The notes under the pieces: model-generated
Told to the model about the DNA's origin: nothing
Seen by the model: the letters and a program-made list of their open reading frames with translations, nothing else
Databases searched by the model: none
Translations under genes and position numbers: made by a program
DNA from: Salisapilia sapeloensis CBS 127946
Taxonomy: Eukaryota; Protista; Oomycota
Reading direction: 5' to 3'
DNA: 64,000 nucleotides
Assembly (NCBI GenBank): GCA_023334545.1
Contig: JAADVB010000032.1
Coordinates: 1-64,000, forward strand
Part shown: piece by piece, positions 50,804-61,200 of the stretch
Numbering within the stretch: the stretch's first letter is position 1
How the letters are laid out: the number at the start of each line of letters is the position of its first letter

Positions 50804-52969
50804 TCACTTGCGTCGAGCTTTGTCTAAAAGCGAGAGAATGTGCTCTTTGTCTGTGTCTGAGTACCCGAGCTCTCCGAGCCGTCGATGGAAACTCTTGAGC
50901 TTAAGCGTACCATACGACATACTGCTCATACCCAGCATGACGTCCATCAGCAGCTTCGGGTCTTCCAGTTTAAGCAGCTCTTCTCTCTCCACGGCGCATA
51001 GATTTGGGAAGGAGAGTCGCCACAATTCTCCAAACTTTTTATTCGCCTTCTCTCGAGCCGCCTCCGTCTCCAACAGTTTCTCTTTTCCATTCGAACCGAC
51101 TTCTGGTAACTCGACTTCCGTGATCGAATGCCGGTGTCGAATCGTCCGTTCCGTTGCCGCACTTCCATTCTTGAGCAAAGCATATCGGAACCCATCCGGC
51201 TCCATAATCGGCTTCGGAATACCCTCTTGTATGTATCCATCTTTCCCGACGGAAACAGTGACACTCGCATCATCCGGGAGATCCGTTACGTCTGAAACAG
51301 GCTCTCCATGGTCCGTCGACAAGTCAATGATCTCTCGATCCTTCACTTGAAACCGTGTCCGGATGACGTTTAATAACGTCTCGAGCTCTGTGCCTTCAAA
51401 GAAAGAGATGGTAACAGGTTTGCCGAACGTCGAAAGTCCATTCACTTTCAATGACTTGAGACGAGCATGTGCTGGTTCCATCCCGTATAGGCCATTCGAG
51501 TAGGAGGTATGGACAGAGTTCGTAGAGGCTGTTGCAGTCCTCAATTGTGTCGGGGCAGACCGTCGAGGTCGAGGAAGGTTGATTTGCCACAACCTGCCGA
51601 CGCATATATCGCACACTCTTCGGCCTTGATTCTCTCCGGCCGTGTCTGGCGTGTCCATCGCTCTCTCCGGTGCTGCTAGTCGAGTGCTCGTGCACTTTGC
51701 ACAGTAGCTCTTTGTACAGTACTTGCACCGGTGTTTCCACTCGAGGATGCCAAAGAGCTTTCGACAGTGCGCACATCGATCTGTACGTCTCGCATTCTTC
51801 TGTTGAATCGGCACCGGTCGATCTGGAAGTTGTTGCTGTAATAACAAATCGAACTCTTCTTCTGCTAGACTAGAACCCTTGTACAACCGCAGTTCTTCCA
51901 TCTGCAGAGCTCGTAAGAAACCTGTGTTCGGGTAAACGACGCCTCTGGACGACAGCGCGTAGTTGACGGCCGTCACGAGCGACCATCGGTGGGCTCGCAT
52001 CAGGTACATGATGACGAGTGTGCCGGATCGAGAGATGCCTTGTGTGCAGTGGATGAGCACTCGTCCGTGCTGCGTGCGTTTCGCGGACTCGATGAACGTA
52101 AAAACCTGGTTAAAGTAGGCACTGATGTCTGCGTCTGGATGGTCTTTAATCTTCACTTCACAGTACTTGACGCCCTTGCCTTCAAACGCGTTATCTGTAT
52201 CTAAACTTGCATTGACGACGTGTGTGATGCCTAAGTGTTTCCGAACTTCCTCGCTCTGTGCGTGCCACATATTACCCAAAAACAAAAAGCCTTCTAGTAT
52301 CTCATTCGGGTAGTTCACGTTATGTGTCCCACTGTGCGTTCGTGTGATGCCTGCCGTGGCAGATGCGAATTGTTCCAACCGAGATGCTGTCGTGAAGAAC
52401 GGGTATCTGTATTTGAACGCTAGAAAGCCGTCGGACAGCGTTTTCACGCTCATGACGGATCCTTCCTCGATCAAGAGCTGACGCAATCTGTCCTGATGAG
52501 CGTTTGACAGCGCCTGCTGAATCCTTGACTGCGGACTGATGTCGACAGTGGGCTGTTTGTCTCCTTGGTCGAATGGAGCGGTTCCGCTGCGTCGAACGAG
52601 GTCGCCGAAAAGCACAATTTCACGCAAATGACGCTTTTTCGAGGTAAATAAGAATCGTTGCTCTGGAAGCATGGACGCCTCTGCCTGTTCTAATGAGTAT
52701 TCCTGGGTATCACCATTCTCCGGTGGCGGAATGTTCACTGCTGACGGAATCGAGTCCTGCTCATACTGTTCTCTTGGTCGTGTGTCAACTAGAATCAGTC
52801 CGCGGGAAGCCTGTGCCTGGTTGAACATCCAGCGGCAATCGACCGTAGCCGTGGCGACGCGGCGCTTTCGTCGTACACAAGCATCGATGCCAGCATTTTC
52901 ACGTCCGCTTTCTCCGGACAGTCCATCCGGCGTGGTGTTCACTGATTCTTGCGTCGCAACGGGCTGCAT
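50804..52969 (-). CDS. MKP-like dual-specificity phosphatase: rhodanese + DSP + FYVE-type finger + ubiquitin-like beta-grasp segment
   Basis: LILVDTRPREQYEQDSIPSAVNIP (rhodanese); YPNEILEGFLFLGN...VLIHCTQGISRSG (HCxxGxSRS); CAHC...HRCKYC..SYC..C...VCDIC (FYVE-like, 8 Cys). Start uncertain (52969 or an upstream exon). Confidence 0.85.
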   Translation of the reverse strand: MQPVATQESVNTTPDGLSGESGRENAGIDACVRRKRRVATATVDCRWMFNQAQASRGLILVDTRPREQYEQDSIPSAVNIPPPENGDTQEYSLEQAEASMLPEQRFLFTSKKRHLREIVLFGDLVRRSGTAPFDQGDKQPTVDISPQSRIQQALSNAHQDRLRQLLIEEGSVMSVKTLSDGFLAFKYRYPFFTTASRLEQFASATAGITRTHSGTHNVNYPNEILEGFLFLGNMWHAQSEEVRKHLGITHVVNASLDTDNAFEGKGVKYCEVKIKDHPDADISAYFNQVFTFIESAKRTQHGRVLIHCTQGISRSGTLVIMYLMRAHRWSLVTAVNYALSSRGVVYPNTGFLRALQMEELRLYKGSSLAEEEFDLLLQQQLPDRPVPIQQKNARRTDRCAHCRKLFGILEWKHRCKYCTKSYCAKCTSTRLAAPERAMDTPDTAGENQGRRVCDICVGRLWQINLPRPRRSAPTQLRTATASTNSVHTSYSNGLYGMEPAHARLKSLKVNGLSTFGKPVTISFFEGTELETLLNVIRTRFQVKDREIIDLSTDHGEPVSDVTDLPDDASVTVSVGKDGYIQEGIPKPIMEPDGFRYALLKNGSAATERTIRHRHSITEVELPEVGSNGKEKLLETEAAREKANKKFGELWRLSFPNLCAVEREELLKLEDPKLLMDVMLGMSSMSYGTLKLKSFHRRLGELGYSDTDKEHILSLLDKARRK

Positions 52970-53437
52970 ACTCAACAATATGCCCAAAAACGATGCACCG
53001 GTTGGAGAATTCGGGCGCGCAAAGTTCTGCCCGTCGGCGTCGCAGGAGGCCGAAAGAGCCGATTCCTCGTAGCTATCAGTACGAAACGTACGGAGCCATC
53101 GACTTTGGGTAGAAAAAGGGCCGTTGCATACTTGGTTTCAGTCAGTTCCAGTGCATGGCACCCACGGTCCTTGCTCAGGTCGTGATTAAACCAGCTGGAG
53201 ACGTCCGGATCTCGGCCGCCTTGTGCTTCTCCCGGACCGTCCAATCAAGCGATTGGCCTCTAATAGAAATCATTGAAGCTTGCTTGCTTCGTCCAGCGCT
53301 ACATTCTGAGAAGCTTGCCCAAGATAGCTTTTACATGTCCATCTCCGTGTTTCGACTTGGCAATTGACAACGAGGATTGAGGTACTTCAAATGCATTATT
53401 TACAAGCTCTATTCTAAATCTAACCCGGATAGCCATC

Positions 53438-54688
53438 CTACATGATTGCACATCGTGAAGTGGCGTACTCGTTCGTGCCTGTAGTCGGCCGAGCGTCCAA
53501 CGGCCGACAGGACTTGATCTGGCCTTGTGCGAGCAAATCCAGACTCTGGTCGTTCAAAGGCTTTCGCTGGCCCAATACTCGCTGTTCTTCTTCCTGCAGC
53601 GTACGCAAGAAGCCTGGGTTCGGGTAGATCACACCTCGGCTCTGCAATACGTGGTTGTACGCCTGAATCAGCGGACTCCGATGCGCTCGAAGGAGGTACA
53701 TGATCACCAGTGTCGCTGATCGTGAAATGCCGTGTGTACAGTGCACGAGTACTCGGCACGGTCGAGTCTGGTCGATCACGATGTTACTGTCGCGATCCGG
53801 CACGGACGTGCTCAAATTCGCCAATCGAGCGCTCTCGATAAAGTCGAACGCGCCATCAAATTTGTCGTGAATCTGGGCGCTCGGTTCATCTTTAATACAT
53901 ACATTATGGTACAGGACGTCTTGGAAGACATTGTCTGCATCTAAAGACGCATTCACAATGTGCGTGATACCAAGGTCAGTAATGACAGAACGGCATTGCG
54001 CTTGCCACATATTCCCGAGGTATAGAAATCCTTCGAGCACTTCATTCGGATAAGTAACTCGTAATGAACCTTGCTTTTCCAAGAACGATGCATCGTTACT
54101 AGAAGCTTCGAATTGGGTTGTGTAGAACGGATATCGGTCTTCAAAGACCTTGAAGCCGTCTTGAAGTACCTGAACACTTGCCACCAGTCCATCCGCGACA
54201 AAGAACCGCTGTAACTTGTATAGCCAAGATCGTTTGTCACTGCATTGATACGCGTCGCCGATGAGTACAATGTCCTTGAGCGAGCGTTTGTGTGGAGGTA
54301 GTGGAAAGGCTGTGATGTCGACACCGGCAGACGACCGGATTTCGAGGTCGCTGAGTTGGCGTGCGTTTTGCGAGGGAGGAATGGAAACCGCTCCAATTAC
54401 CGAGTTGAGACGATAGAGGTCGACTCGTCGCACGTCCACTAGTACGACGCCGATACGAAAGTTATTGTAGAGCCAACGGGCGTCGACCTCACCTTTGCGC
54501 GTGCGAGTACGCTTCGCCGGCATGGGCGCCGTAGACGTTTGCATGTGCGCTGCGTGCGACTTGATCGTCCGTGAAGCGACGTGTCGCTGGGTTCGGAGCT
54601 CTGCTCGTGCAGCCATCGTCGTGTTTAATTTTAGACAAATTGGCTCGTGGTAGTGCACTCGGTCGCTATTTTGAAGTGAGCTGGACAC
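53438..54688 (-). CDS. MKP-like dual-specificity phosphatase: rhodanese + DSP (tandem paralog without FYVE)
   Basis: VVLVDVRRVDLY...IGAVSIP; YPNEVLEGFLYLGNMWQA...VLVHCTHGISRSATLVIMYL...RGVIYPNPGFLRTLQ, closely parallel to the downstream gene. Confidence 0.88.
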   Translation of the reverse strand: MSSSLQNSDRVHYHEPICLKLNTTMAARAELRTQRHVASRTIKSHAAHMQTSTAPMPAKRTRTRKGEVDARWLYNNFRIGVVLVDVRRVDLYRLNSVIGAVSIPPSQNARQLSDLEIRSSAGVDITAFPLPPHKRSLKDIVLIGDAYQCSDKRSWLYKLQRFFVADGLVASVQVLQDGFKVFEDRYPFYTTQFEASSNDASFLEKQGSLRVTYPNEVLEGFLYLGNMWQAQCRSVITDLGITHIVNASLDADNVFQDVLYHNVCIKDEPSAQIHDKFDGAFDFIESARLANLSTSVPDRDSNIVIDQTRPCRVLVHCTHGISRSATLVIMYLLRAHRSPLIQAYNHVLQSRGVIYPNPGFLRTLQEEEQRVLGQRKPLNDQSLDLLAQGQIKSCRPLDARPTTGTNEYATSRCAIM

Positions 54689-55272
54689 GACTGGATGCCT
54701 CTTCTTGACCGAAAGACACGGGTTGGCGCTGACGCATGGGCAGTAGCCAGCGCTGCCGGCTCTTTACAGATGGTTTCAGTGGGTGGTTTCATCGGTTCAC
54801 GTAGTCCTTCTCGACTCGTGTCTATGCCTCCTACAACCCCATGGAAGGGAGTTTCACTTGCGTACGTTCGAAATCGATATAGCGATAATTTTCCTCGCAG
54901 CGGATGGAGCTCCGATCTTCACCCTTCGCTTCTGCAGGAAGTTGCAGACCAGATCTGGGTGTCGATAAGATCGGCAGGCCTGGCTTCTGTGCATGCACAT
55001 GCACACGGAGACAATTTTCAATGCCAACGTGGCAGTAACGGGTAGAAATGGTGACGAATAAGATTTCAGATTGACAGGCGTGGGATGTGCTTTACAGTAG
55101 CTTCAGCTCGTCTTCATATCTTTTGTATCATATGTCGCGTCCCGTCGACGGTGCTTAGTTGCTGCGGGATAAAGATCGCTGCAAGAGCTGAACGATGGAG
55201 GGAGAGGTACGGTAGAGCCAACACGGGGCTCGTACAGCAACGATGCTTCCAATTAGAATAGCGTGAGGATTC

Positions 55273-58116
55273 TTATGAACCGCATAGGACACAACTGGAA
55301 AGCGAGTGCGTCTTGCATCTCGTCGACGATGCATCGTACGTTGTACTTTTGATAGTTTCGGTACTCGATCCTCCAGTCCGTGTGCACAGGAAACAAGACG
55401 GCAGTTTATGCTTGGGGCATACGCCAGCCACGGAAAGCATCGAAACTGGTGACGACTTAACATCGTTTGATATTTTCCTGTCTAGCTCGAAACACGACTT
55501 GGTGTCTAGTCCGGAACACGGCTTCATGTCGCTGCTTGCGAATAAAGGTTGCGAATAACTTTTCGAGATAGTGGGTGCAGATGACAAAGAGCAGAGGACG
55601 CACGCGTGTAAATTGTGCTTTTCACAACTACCTTGTAGACTTTTCATTCTTGTCGACGATTGAAGTGCTTCAAAAGATAGATTGGGTGGTCGAGCTGGTG
55701 TCTTTACCAATGACGCTACCGAGTCATGCCTTGCGAAAGCTTCCTTTTGCAAATGTTCAGAACTGCCATGCTCTGCCATAAATATCTGAGACTGGTGATG
55801 GATACTATTAACATGCAGTGATTGTTTAGATGTGGGATATGTTTGCTGGCGACCAATACTTTCCAAGGACATTGCACGCGTCGAGCACGCCTTTGGTAGG
55901 TAAGGGCTTTCATAATTGCATGACTCCCCCCAGCTGCTATCAGTCCCTTCATTTGATTTCTTCACCCAGAATTTAAAAGATGCCTGGACAACATCTTGTG
56001 AGTCCGTATCTAGTACGCGGGATTTGTCAGGTAGTTCTGGTAGATGTGTAGCTCTATTGAGATCAGCTGGTACACAGTCCTCGGTGTGATATGCTTCTTG
56101 CTTTCCAAGAGGTAACTCGGTGGAACACGCTTCTCGATGAGTCCCGACAAATTCAGGCAACGATGCAGAGTTTCCAAGATGTCTCCTTCCATCATCTTCG
56201 TTCTGATTATTCAAGCCGGTAGTTTCATGATGGAAAGAGCCATCCACTAACTTTTGCACAGGTGGTAACTGAGAAATAGTCGCTTCAAGCTCCTTTACCT
56301 TCTTTTCTAGCTTCCGAATTGTTTTCGTATCATCCTCTCTCCACTTTTGGAAGACAGCAATGTCTTTTCGCAACCTGTTTGCTTCATCTTCCTTGGCTCT
56401 CAGCTCGGCTTCATAGCGCTTACTCAGATCTGACTTTTCCTTCGAGTGAAATGCTCGCAACTTTCGCTGATCTACTGTAACTCTCTCCTTTAATCTCCGA
56501 ATCTGAAGTCGAGCCAACGCCAATTCAGAAACACCACCATCGACTGTGTCGTTGACCCGAGTCGTCTGCATCACGGACTTGGCTCTATCCGCAAATTGTA
56601 GTGTTCTTAATGTTTCCTCACTAGCTCGAACCTGGGGGCTAATTGTCGCGATTAGAGTCGTCTGCGTGTTACCACCAAGTGAGTCTTGAAGCAATCGAGT
56701 TAATGTTGAATCCCGGAAAGGAATGTGTGTTCTTCCTTCACTTAGTGCAGCAATCGTATTGCCCAACGCAGAGAGGGAAGTATTTATCTTTTTCATCTCC
56801 TCGATATGCATCTCCTCCATGTTACCACTTGTACTCCATTTTTCCGACCCTGCCAAATCGACCAGATTAAGTCGAGACTTTCTGCTGGAAAGATTACCTT
56901 CTTCAGTACGTTTTTCGACACTTATTCCTATCTGTACAATGGCATGACTGCGACTACTACCAGCGTTCATTTCAGTCGCTCGAACCGATCGATTGTTCAT
57001 TGCTTTTTGAAGTAGAGCCATGCCCTCCCGACAAGAAGTCACACGCACCATTATAGCATCCTGGACGGTAACATCCGTTCTACCGTCACCGTTCGGTAGC
57101 TCTCGCATTACCAGTGGTGTCAATTTCTTAGGGTCAGAAAGCAAATCAAATAGACGGTCATTGTAAATCTGTAGTACACTAATATCGATGTGGAGGTGAA
57201 TGCCTTCTGAAAATAGTAGCGTTGCTTGATCGAGGAGGTAAGCCAACGCACGAGGTATGATACCATATCCATTTGCTGCATATGCTATATCAGACAAATC
57301 ATCACAAGAAACTTGATCAAAATCCGACCCGAAAATCGTATAAGTCTTTCCCGTAGATGTCTGACCGTACCCAAAGATAGTACAGTTGTATCCTGCAATA
57401 CAAGCATCCATGCTCGATCGTATAGCGTCAAAAATGTCTGTTTGTTGAGCCTCAGGAGCAAAGACTTTGTCGAATTGGCATTCTGTGAGTGCTCTGGTAA
57501 AACCATTTAACGAAGAGGACCTCACAAGGATACTGTTTGGTGTGTCTCCTCTCGTCACCGCAGTATCGTTATTATCGCTTGTAGATGCGGAAACAGGACG
57601 AATGCGGATAAACACTTGTATTCGACGACTCTTTTCAGCGCTAGCGTTCGTTTCAGTCACCTCGGTTCTAGCTGTTGGTTTTATTGATCTGGCACTACTC
57701 GCATGCCGGACAGATCGACTAGTCTCAATGACATTGTTTAAAGGCGAGCGGGATACTCTGCTTGATTCTTCGACTATTATCCTGCTTGTACTTTTAAAAC
57801 AAGAATCATCTTCATCTTCCTTCTGACACCGGTCACTTGCACAAAAGGACTCGATCTTTACTTTTTCATCCTGTACTTGTGCTTCTTCTGTTTGTTGTTC
57901 AGCTATATTTCCGATCTGGTTGCACTCTGCACTATTTTCACCGAGTTCCCATTCCTCCAGTACATGCACATCCTCCGAGTAAGCAGTACTCCAGGAACCT
58001 GCAGTTGATGGAGTCTTGACACTTCGACCGGATGACTTCTCTTTCAAGTTGTCCATTACTTTCGGTGCTTTCACTAGAGCAAGTGCACGACTACACGAAC
58101 TGTTTCTCATTACCAT
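55273..58116 (-). CDS. Kinesin with an intact central motor, coiled coil and three C-terminal CxxH-x4-CxxC repeats
   Basis: IQVFIRIRP, FDKVF, FGYGQTSTGKTYT (P-loop), NAGSSRSH (switch I), DLAGSE (switch II), HIPFRDSTLTRLLQDSLGGN. Confidence 0.92.
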   Translation of the reverse strand: MVMRNSSCSRALALVKAPKVMDNLKEKSSGRSVKTPSTAGSWSTAYSEDVHVLEEWELGENSAECNQIGNIAEQQTEEAQVQDEKVKIESFCASDRCQKEDEDDSCFKSTSRIIVEESSRVSRSPLNNVIETSRSVRHASSARSIKPTARTEVTETNASAEKSRRIQVFIRIRPVSASTSDNNDTAVTRGDTPNSILVRSSSLNGFTRALTECQFDKVFAPEAQQTDIFDAIRSSMDACIAGYNCTIFGYGQTSTGKTYTIFGSDFDQVSCDDLSDIAYAANGYGIIPRALAYLLDQATLLFSEGIHLHIDISVLQIYNDRLFDLLSDPKKLTPLVMRELPNGDGRTDVTVQDAIMVRVTSCREGMALLQKAMNNRSVRATEMNAGSSRSHAIVQIGISVEKRTEEGNLSSRKSRLNLVDLAGSEKWSTSGNMEEMHIEEMKKINTSLSALGNTIAALSEGRTHIPFRDSTLTRLLQDSLGGNTQTTLIATISPQVRASEETLRTLQFADRAKSVMQTTRVNDTVDGGVSELALARLQIRRLKERVTVDQRKLRAFHSKEKSDLSKRYEAELRAKEDEANRLRKDIAVFQKWREDDTKTIRKLEKKVKELEATISQLPPVQKLVDGSFHHETTGLNNQNEDDGRRHLGNSASLPEFVGTHREACSTELPLGKQEAYHTEDCVPADLNRATHLPELPDKSRVLDTDSQDVVQASFKFWVKKSNEGTDSSWGESCNYESPYLPKACSTRAMSLESIGRQQTYPTSKQSLHVNSIHHQSQIFMAEHGSSEHLQKEAFARHDSVASLVKTPARPPNLSFEALQSSTRMKSLQGSCEKHNLHACVLCSLSSAPTISKSYSQPLFASSDMKPCSGLDTKSCFELDRKISNDVKSSPVSMLSVAGVCPKHKLPSCFLCTRTGGSSTETIKSTTYDASSTRCKTHSLSSCVLCGS

Positions 58117-58254
58117 CCTTCATCAAGTATCTGGAAATAGATACGAAGCTGTTGCCACTGACACGAAAACAAACCATAAAACGAATTGACGGATACTAAG
58201 TCGATCTTTATTGCTCGTATAGCTCGAACAAAACACTGCTACTCAAACGCCTTC

Positions 58255-61200
58255 CTACTCGTCCACAAGTTCTGGAAAGACCTTCGGGATGACATCATCG
58301 AAGGATTCATCTACTGGCAGCTTTTCCAAATATCCAATAAATCGCTCTTTTAGTCCCTCCTCGCCATCTTCCATCTCCGTCTCATCCGTCGAGGCAAGGC
58401 GAGAGCTACGTCGCACACCTTCCGGATGCTCTTCATCCTCCACCACCCACAGCGACGATTCTTTCACAGACTTTGTCTTGGGCGCCTCCTCCATCATGAG
58501 CATCGTAGCTTGCCTCTTGGCTGCTCGACTCGGTGGCTTCCGATCCACATCCTCTTCCTTCTTCACTCGCTTTAGCGGTGGACCCTTTGCTGCATTCTTT
58601 TTTATCGGCCGCTTGTTCCGATTGCGAATGTCAATCATCTGCTCTCCTGTCAGGCTTTGATACACCTTCTTAGCATTCGGCAGTGGTCTCTTCTTGAGCA
58701 CCACCTCCGTCGACATCTCGTACAGAGGGATCTCCTGAAACGTGAACATCCGCTTAAGGTGTCGGTCTCGTTGTCGTGCCATCTCCAAAAGCATACGTCC
58801 TCGTTCCAAGGATCGTCTCAAGTCTTGTAGATGCGTCAACGTCTCTCGCGTGAACCAAGTCAGACGCTTGTGATCATAAACAGCATCTCGAGGAGGATGT
58901 TGCTTGCAGAAGAAGCGCCAGTTATTTCTTGTCGACCTGGCAATGAAGAACTGTTCATGTGCAGCACAGATCGCATGGAATCGAGTCGTGCACCCGTCAC
59001 ACGAGGCCAAGTACTTGCTCTTATCCCCGCACAAGTCACACTTTTGTCTCGAAGCATCCGCATCGTTCATATCAGACGGCACAATCGCACTCAACACGTT
59101 CTTCCGTCGCGTCATCTTCCCCTTGACATACTTGCAGCACAAGACGTGAATCCACTTGTCAAATGTCGCTTTCTGCTGACTACCGCTACTCTTATCCTGC
59201 ACACTGCAAGACATGAGGTACCCGACCTCCTTCTCACACACGATGCACGACTGGAGCTGACGTCGACTCCCTGCCGCGACGCATCGTTCACAAATCCAGT
59301 TGCTCTGCGCGACATCAGACACGTCTCCCAGATCACTGATACAACACTCTGGATGGACAAAACAGTTGCAGTACTGACACCGCACTTGTAGCTGTCTCTT
59401 CGTCAAGTCCGCTGCATCCTTCCATCCGCTCTCACCTGGAGGTGACATGTACTCGAAGCACGCAGAGCACAACTGTCGGTCATCTGCTCTGATCGTATCT
59501 TTCGACGTGACATTCTCTTCCGATAACAAGGTACTTGCACTAGATCCACCAGCGCTCTGAAGTTTACGTGGCGACTCGACAGACTCGTCGTGGACGATAC
59601 TAGAGTACGCATCGATACGAACGCGACGTCGACGTCGTATCTGCTGGTCCTGTACGTCAGACGTGTACTCTTCAGGAAAGTGGCTATCACATAGCAATTG
59701 GAACGACAGACCAGCGCCTCCACCTGCATATATAAAACGACGAGAAGGAGGCAGTTCATTCGACGCAGTCATGGATAGTCCGGCAAACCAAGCGCAAAGA
59801 GCGTGGTACGACACGCTGCAGTCGTCAGCACAGCACTGGATCGTGCGTCCACATGCGACACGACAGTATCGGCACAACCCACCTTGCTCCAGCACTCGAG
59901 TCTCGACGTGTTCACTCTCGAGTGTCTCCTGCGCAGCGAGCTTCTCTGCTTCTTTGATCGGATCCAAGAAGCGCATCTGACCACTTGTTTGGCACAACGA
60001 GATGCTCGTGAGTTGATGCAGATCTCCGATCCAGACTTTCGGACACCAGAGCGCACACACGACGTGGATCCATTTCCCGTCCATCGTCTTCTTAAACGCA
60101 CCATCCTTGATCGGACACAACTGGCAGAAGACGTCACGAGCTGGATCCATGCCGTCTCCATGAGACCGACATCGGTCGCAGAAAAACTCATTGGCTGGGA
60201 CCTGGGGCAAGCCGTAGCATCGCTGGTGGACAGCCAAGTTGCACTTATCACAAAAGACGATTGGATTATGCTCCGGCGACTGTCCGTCAAAGCAGACGAC
60301 GCACGTGCCATCATCAAGATGTTCATCGACCATTTCATCCGTCACTTCTTCCTGTGGTTCTGCCTGCAGCATCGGTTGCTGGAAGTGGCGGTACCCCGTC
60401 ACAAGACTGTGACTCAGCCTCTTCCACGCTTCATAGTCTCGATAGTACGCTTCGAAATGATGCGAAGCTTTCTGCATCGCTGTGTGTCGCTGTGTATCAC
60501 CTTCCAAGGCATGTGCGAGCTGGCGTACATTCACGCGGTTCCGCCGCATCTGTTCCTGATACTGGTCGAGTAGAAGGTTAATTTGTGGTGTCAACTCCTC
60601 CGTACAGAGCTTTGGATCTTTTACTACATCTGCACTAGTTGCTTCAGAAGACTCAATTGCTGTATACAAGTGCTGCGTGTCGGAAGGTAGCTCTACCTTT
60701 TCTAATTCAGCACCAACTAGCTCGCCTACTTGGTTCGGTACAAATGGACTCCATTCCAACTCCTTCGCACTTGTCGATGGTACATCCGATGACATAGCAA
60801 AGGAAAAGACCACCTGAATGGACGTTTGCGAAGATTCGTTCATGAAAAGCACACGCAACTGAGTCGCATTCCCCGCGGACTTTGTTTTTGCTGTGCCATT
60901 CGCGACGGCACGATCAATCTCCAGCTTTAATTCTGCTTTCACGTCCGTAGAGCACTTGGTCTTGCTCTGACGCATCGCTGTCTCACATGCATGGAGGACT
61001 GTCTGCAGAGCTAGACCTTGCGACCCATCGTCCTTTCGATACAAAACGTATGAATCTGTACAAGACTGCTTGCCTACACTACTTGCCTTATCGGACACAC
61101 TAATTAGATCCTCCAGACGAGCACCACACGCTGCTTTTAGTAGCTGATCCGTACGTCGCTTTGTGAGTGGCTTCATCGAGAAGCAATTCGCATTCACCAC

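Noticed and set aside
58289-60581. Long + strand ORFs opposite the PZP gene (e.g. 59803-60573)
   Set aside because: Antisense shadows of a strongly supported - strand CDS.
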